Both the position numbers and the translations under genes were made by a program. A stretch of 39,359 nucleotides of DNA from Octopus bimaculoides (lineage: Eukaryota), in assembly GCF_001194135.2 (NCBI RefSeq), contig NC_069002.1, positions 17,905,935 to 17,945,293 on the forward strand, read 5' to 3'. Below, one piece after another: positions 1 to 39,359 of the stretch. Position 1 is the stretch's first letter. Each line of letters begins with the position of its first letter. The notes beneath the pieces are model-generated. The model searched no databases and had not been told where the DNA came from. It worked only from the letters and a program-made list of their open reading frames with translations.

Positions 1-80
1 AAACAACATAATGTAATACTGAATGTAAAAACGAACGGGAGAGAAACAGAAGGTCCATAATTCTTCATCGGTTATCAATG

Positions 81-271
81 TCACTAGAGTGACAGACGGT
101 ACTAAGTGGTACCGGCATTGCTAGAAATAAGAGTCAAAACAACTCAATAGCCACAAACGCACTATCTTAATTACTGATAAGTAATTAGAGTGCATTTGTG
201 GCTATTAAGTTGTTTTTACTCTTATTTCTAGCAATGTTGGTACCACTTAGTACCCTCTGTCACTTTAGTGA
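81..271. repeat. Near-perfect palindromic MITE-like hairpin, ~95-bp arms, 4-nt loop
   Basis: tcactagagtgacagacggtactaagtggtacc...taattact GATA agtaatta...ggtaccacttagtaccctctgtcactttagtga; the arms are reverse complements with few mismatches. Confidence 0.9.
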
Positions 272-340
272 TGTCTATAAATTTGCCTTTCGGTTGTTAA
301 ATTGCTTATAAGCCACCCATATTATTCATAGTACACAGAC

Positions 341-375
<35 letters not shown>

Positions 376-1130
376 AATTCAGTACAGGTATAAACACTGA
401 AGTTTGCTTTACAAAAGCTTGTCTACAGGTATTCACCAAATTCATTCACAAGGCTTTCGTCAGACTGGGGCTAATATAGAAGATAAGCCAAAGGTACTAC
501 ACAGTAGGACTGAACCCAGAACCATGTGGTTGGGAAGCAAATATCTTACCATACAGCCACGCCTGCATACATATAATATATGATTATGTATTATATTACA
601 TACATTATGTGTGTGTATGTGAGTACGTGTGTGTCTGAAAGAGAGAGAGAGAAAGAGAGAGCATTAGAGCGCGTGTATAGAATAGAAGTGGGAGAAGAAA
701 ATATAGTAAATGAATTTGAACAGAGAGAAAGAGGAGTGAAAAAGCATTAAGATAACTAGAGAATAAGGAGCTGCAATATAAGAACTTGATACAGGAAGAA
801 TATAGCAACAGAGTACAGAAACACAGAACTTGGTAATTCTAAAAGTGGCGGTAAAAATACTAAAAAAAAACTGGGAGGAGTTCCAGCACTTCGATGAAAA
901 AGACAATTAAATGAATAAATTGTTTCATTTAATTTCGGATTTGTACAACAAAATAATTCTTTAATTGTTGATATTTGTTGAGATGGGTTTCAAATCGCCA
1001 AACTACAGTGTGTTGTGAGAACCATATCAATTTCAGAAACGACCTCAGAAGTGAGAGACAAGCAGCAACCAGAATCATCTTAGAATACAGAACTTTCTTC
1101 TATTCTTTGTGGAGAAGTGAAATCAAAATA

Positions 1131-35188
<34,058 letters not shown>

Positions 35189-35597
35189 AATATTTACTAT
35201 ATGACTTCTTTCTCAGCCACATGGTTTTAGGTTCAAGTCCACTCTGTGGTATCTTGAGCAAATGTCTTGCATTTTAAAGTGATCTAAATTTAAAACTTTC
35301 ACCAAAATTTCATGTAAATTTATGAACCACACACCAACTTAATAATGACAAAGTTATTTTACAAGATTTTTCAACAATTGTAATGAAACAGCATATATCA
35401 GCAGAAATGTAGTAATATAATTTCACTATATATGCACAAGAGTGGCTGTGTAGTAAGAAGCTTGCTTCCGAACCACATGGTTCTGGATTCAGTCCCACTG
35501 TGTGTCACCTTGGGGAAGTGTCTTCTACTATAGCCTTGGGCCAACCAAAGCTTTGTGAGTGGATTTGGTAGATGGAAACTTAAAGAAGCCTGTTGTG

Positions 35598-36504
35598 TGT
35601 GGGCGACCAAGTTAGTAGTGGGGGTGGGTGCGCTGAAAGTGTAGCTGCTAGAATAAGAATAGCCTGGGCAAAGTTTAGAGAGCTCTTACCCCTGTTGGCG
35701 ACAAAGGGACTCTCACTCAGAGTAAAAGGCAGACTGTATGACGCATGCGTACGAACAGCCATGCTACATGGCAGTGAAACATGGGCTGTAACTGCTGAGG
35801 ACATACGTAAGCTCGCAAGGNNNNNNNNNNNNNNNNNNNNNNNNNNNNNNNNNNNNNNNNNNNNNNNNNNNNNNNNNNNNNNNNNNNNNNNNNNNNNNNN
35901 NNNNNNNNNNNNNNNNNNNNNNNNNNNNNNNNNNNNNNNNNNNNNNNNNNNNNNNNNNNNNNNNNNNNNNNNNNNNNNNNNNNNNNNNNNNNNNNNNNNN
36001 NNNNNNNNNNNNNNNNNNNNNNNNNNNNNNNNNNNNNNNNNNNNNNNNNNNNNNNNNNNNNNNNNNNNNNNNNNNNNNNNNNNNNNNNNNNNNNNNNNNN
36101 NNNNNNNNNNNNNNNNNNNNNNNNNNNNNNNNNNNNNNNNNNNNNNNNNNNNNNNNNNNNNNNNNNNNNNNNNNNNNNNNNNNNNNNNNNNNNNNNNNNN
36201 NNNNNNNNNNNNNNNNNNNNNNNNNNNNNNNNNNNNNNNNNNNNNNNNNNNNNNNNNNNNNNNNNNGGCTTGTGCGGGTGGCACATAAAAGACACCATTT
36301 CGAGCGTGGCCGTTTTCGTGCGGGTGACACGTAAAAGCACCCACTACACTCTCTGAGTGGTTGGCGTTAGGAAGGGCATCCAGCTGTATAAACTCTGCCA
36401 AATTAGATTGGAGCCTGGTGTTGCCATCCGGTTTCACCAGTCCTCAGTCAAATCGTTCAACCCATGCTAGCATGGAAAGCGGACGTTAAACGATGATGAT
36501 GATG
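35598..36504 (+). mobile_element. RTE LINE 3' fragment plus tail spanning gap, ending in (GAT)n then (TATG)n
   Basis: GDQVSSGGGCAESVAARIRIAWAKFRELLPLLATKGLSLRVKGRLYDACVRTAMLHGSETW; tail 36267-36504. Confidence 0.88.
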
Positions 36505-37761
36505 TATGTATGTATGTATGTATGTATGTATGTATGTATGTGTTATGTGTTTGTTGTTTGTGTCTGTGTTTGTCCCCCCACCATCACTTGACAACCATCT
36601 CCATCTCCATCACTTAGCAGTTCAGCAAAAGAGACAGATAGAATAAGTATTAGGCTTACAAAGAATAAGTCCTGGGGTCGATTTATTTGACTAAAGGTGG
36701 TGCTCCAGCATGGCCACAGTCAAATGACTGAAACAAGTAAAAGAATAAAAAGGAAACTCCAAAAATTATGAACTTTGAAAGACCCATTTTTTTTAAAAAA
36801 AAGGGAACAACTCTTTTCTTTCTTAGCACAAATGTAGCAGAATGATAGTTTGAGTCTTATAAGGGGTTATCTTGTAAGGGGTTTTAAATGCAACAATACA
36901 ATTAAGACATTGTAATGAGCAATTATGGTCAAGATTCAATGAATTTCTAGAGAAATTAGTTTCCAGATGTCTTTGAAATGCAAGAAATTATTTACGAAAT
37001 TGCATTACAAACTGAAAGTTGATAATAACCCAAATATTGGTTTTTGGATAAGAGTGGCCATTAATAATTAGATGTATTGAAAATGAAATTAAACCAAAGT
37101 AGATTCCCATAGAGATAATTAGGTGAGGACTAAATTTGATACGTGTGAAGACTAAATTTGAACTGATTGAAATAAGTTATTTAGAGTGTAATAACAGTTA
37201 AATCATTGTGTTTCTGACTGTAATACCAACTTATGACAATGACCATCACCAACACCACTAACAAAGTTGCCACCACCATCACATCACTACACCACTACTG
37301 CCACTGTTACATTTCTGGATGAGGCACATAATACTGCCTGTCACAGTCAACAAGCAGCAGTTTTATGAGCATTGCTTGACAATACACTACATGAGTGAAT
37401 AATAGTTCACTTGCCAAATTGACTCATGAAGTAACAGCTCAATGTTGTACATAAAGCAAAGATGAAACACTTGAACAGGAGGTGTGTAAAAGTGTTGAAA
37501 ACAATTGTGAAGTCTTGGTTTTTGAACTACATTTTAACTAAGATTTCCCCTGTTATAATGCTTTTGATGTCAATTTATCTGGGACTGTCCCTACATTCTT
37601 TAATACAAATTTCCTATTTTCAAGTTATCTTAATTAAACCTTTACATTAAAATTCCATGTTAGCTTATGTTCAATAATGATAGTTATTTCACTAAATTCT
37701 TCATTATTTTCTAAAATAAATGAAACAAAGGCAGTGTAGTTCAACAGAAATATAGTAACAA

Positions 37762-38176
37762 GGCAGAGAGCTGGCAGAATCGTTAGCACGTCGGGCGAAA
37801 TGCTTAGCGGTATTTCGTCTGCCGTTACGTTCTGAGTTCAAATTCCGCCGAGGTCGACTTTGCCTTTCATCTTTTCGGGGTCAATAAATTAAGTACCAGT
37901 TACGCACTGGGGTCGATGTAATCAACTTAATCCGTTCGTCTGTTCTTGTTTGTTCCCTCTATGTTTAGCCCCTTGTGGGCAATAACGAAATAAGTATTTC
38001 ATCTGCCATTACATTCTGAGTTCAAATTCCGCCAAGGTCGACTTTGCCTTTCATCCTTTCGGGGTTGATAAATTAAGTACCAGTTACACACTGGGGTCGA
38101 TGTAATCGACTTAATCCCTTTGTCTGTCTTTGTTTGCCTCCTCTATGTTTAGACCCTTGTGGGCAATAAAAAAATA
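37762..38176 (+). mobile_element. tRNA-derived SINE plus head-truncated tandem second unit inside one 16-bp TSD
   Basis: Box A-like TGGCAGAATCG, box B-like GAGTTCAAATTCC; second unit from ~37993; TSD agaaatatagtaacaa at 37746-37761 and 38177-38192. Confidence 0.88.
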
Positions 38177-39359
38177 AGAAATATAGTAACAAAAGGGTTA
38201 ATGGGCAGACAACTGAAGTAGTTTTAAACTCAGTAAACTGAAAAATGTGTTTTGCATTGATAGACATTTTAAGTGGGGAAAGCAAAAAATTTATGTTGAA
38301 TAAGTTATTAAAAGAAATCTATTTAACAAATAAATTAGTCATCTTCTGTAAACCTTTAACCATAGAATTCATGATTTTATGAACGAAAAGAGAAACAAAA
38401 CAAAAAAAGGATTTTAAAATTTTCATTTCCAAATTACTTTTTTTGTTTTCTATCATAAATAAAATTGCTCATGCTAAAAATACAAACAATATTGCTTATA
38501 TTTAGTATATAACTAACATGTAGCACTACTGCTCTTCCCCCATTCACTTTAATGCATTTTCTTCTTTCCATCTGTCATCCCACTTGTTTTTATTTATTCA
38601 AACCCTTATATCGATCAATTACTTTAATCTAGCTCCTTTGGTTCTAGAACTCTCTACAGCCCAAGTTTTTTTTATTCTTCTTTTTAACAGCATCATTATC
38701 ATCATCATTTTAATGTCCACTTTTCCTGCATGAGTTTCATGGGATTTTCTGTGGCAGATTTTCTGTGGCAGATTTTCTGTGGCCAGATTCCTTTTTGTTG
38801 TAACCCTCACCTGTTTTCAAGCAAGGTAATATTTTCCCATAGTCAAACATGTTCCATGGAAGATAGGAAATGAACAACACCATTATTATAACGATCATGC
38901 TCATTTACAACTAATGAGCTATGCCAAGACAAGGAAGCACACATATGTAATATATATGACAGGCTTCTTCCAGATTCTGTCTATCAAATACACTCAAAGT
39001 TTTAGTTGACCTAGGGCTATAGTAGAAGACACTTGCCCAGATTGCTCTTTTAAAACTTAGAAATGAAATCATCTGCATGGGAAACACAAAACATTTCTCA
39101 GAATGACAGTTAAAAATTGCTAAATAAATACACAGCCCCTGGCAACTTTGTCTTTATAACTACCAAAATATCATTTAAATGTTAACAAGGAGCACAGGTT
39201 TCTTAGAAGTGGTCTTCATTGAATTAATTTTTTTTTTTTTTGATCTTTTCATTCTTGAGAATATTAGAATCTGAGTTAGAAGGAGGATGTAACACTTAAA
39301 ATTCTTGCCAAACTTGATCTGACTTTTTGAATTAAAAATGATGCTTGCAATTGAATTCA

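Noticed and set aside
36967-37022. Candidate exon 7 (tttccAG|AT GTC TTT GAA...TGA giving DVFEMQEIIYEIALQTES*)
   Set aside because: Phase-compatible, but it lacks a polypyrimidine tract and has no homology support; such matches are expected by chance in 4 kb.

Overview
This is eukaryotic, AT-rich, repeat-dense DNA with four N-gaps. The repeat families (RTE LINEs ending in (GAT)n, tRNA-headed SINEs, Penelope, mariner, piggyBac) look cephalopod, probably octopus; that is an inference. Almost the whole window is one intron-rich, + strand aquaglyceroporin gene (AQP3/7/9/10 class). Coding exons were assembled by eye from GT-AG sites and frame: 17003-17129, 23498-23635 (NPA1), 27198-27316, 31946-32163 (NPARD) and 34906-35081. 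In front of these sit TWO paralogous 78-nt first coding exons (1131-1208 and 9402-9479). Each encodes 26 aa ending in a phase-0 GTAAGT donor, which suggests a duplicated promoter/first exon giving two N-termini. The 3' end of the CDS is ambiguous: either a donor at 35082 or read-through to a stop at 35188. The introns hold RTE, R4/Dong-like, piggyBac, mellifera-type mariner and DD37D Tc1/mariner remnants, SINEs, TTAA MITEs and several long hairpins. One TSD-flanked Penelope insertion (19974-20772) has terminal repeats that combine tRNA-like Pol III A/B boxes with a minimal hammerhead-ribozyme motif. Most six-frame ORFs are repeat fragments or microsatellite noise.
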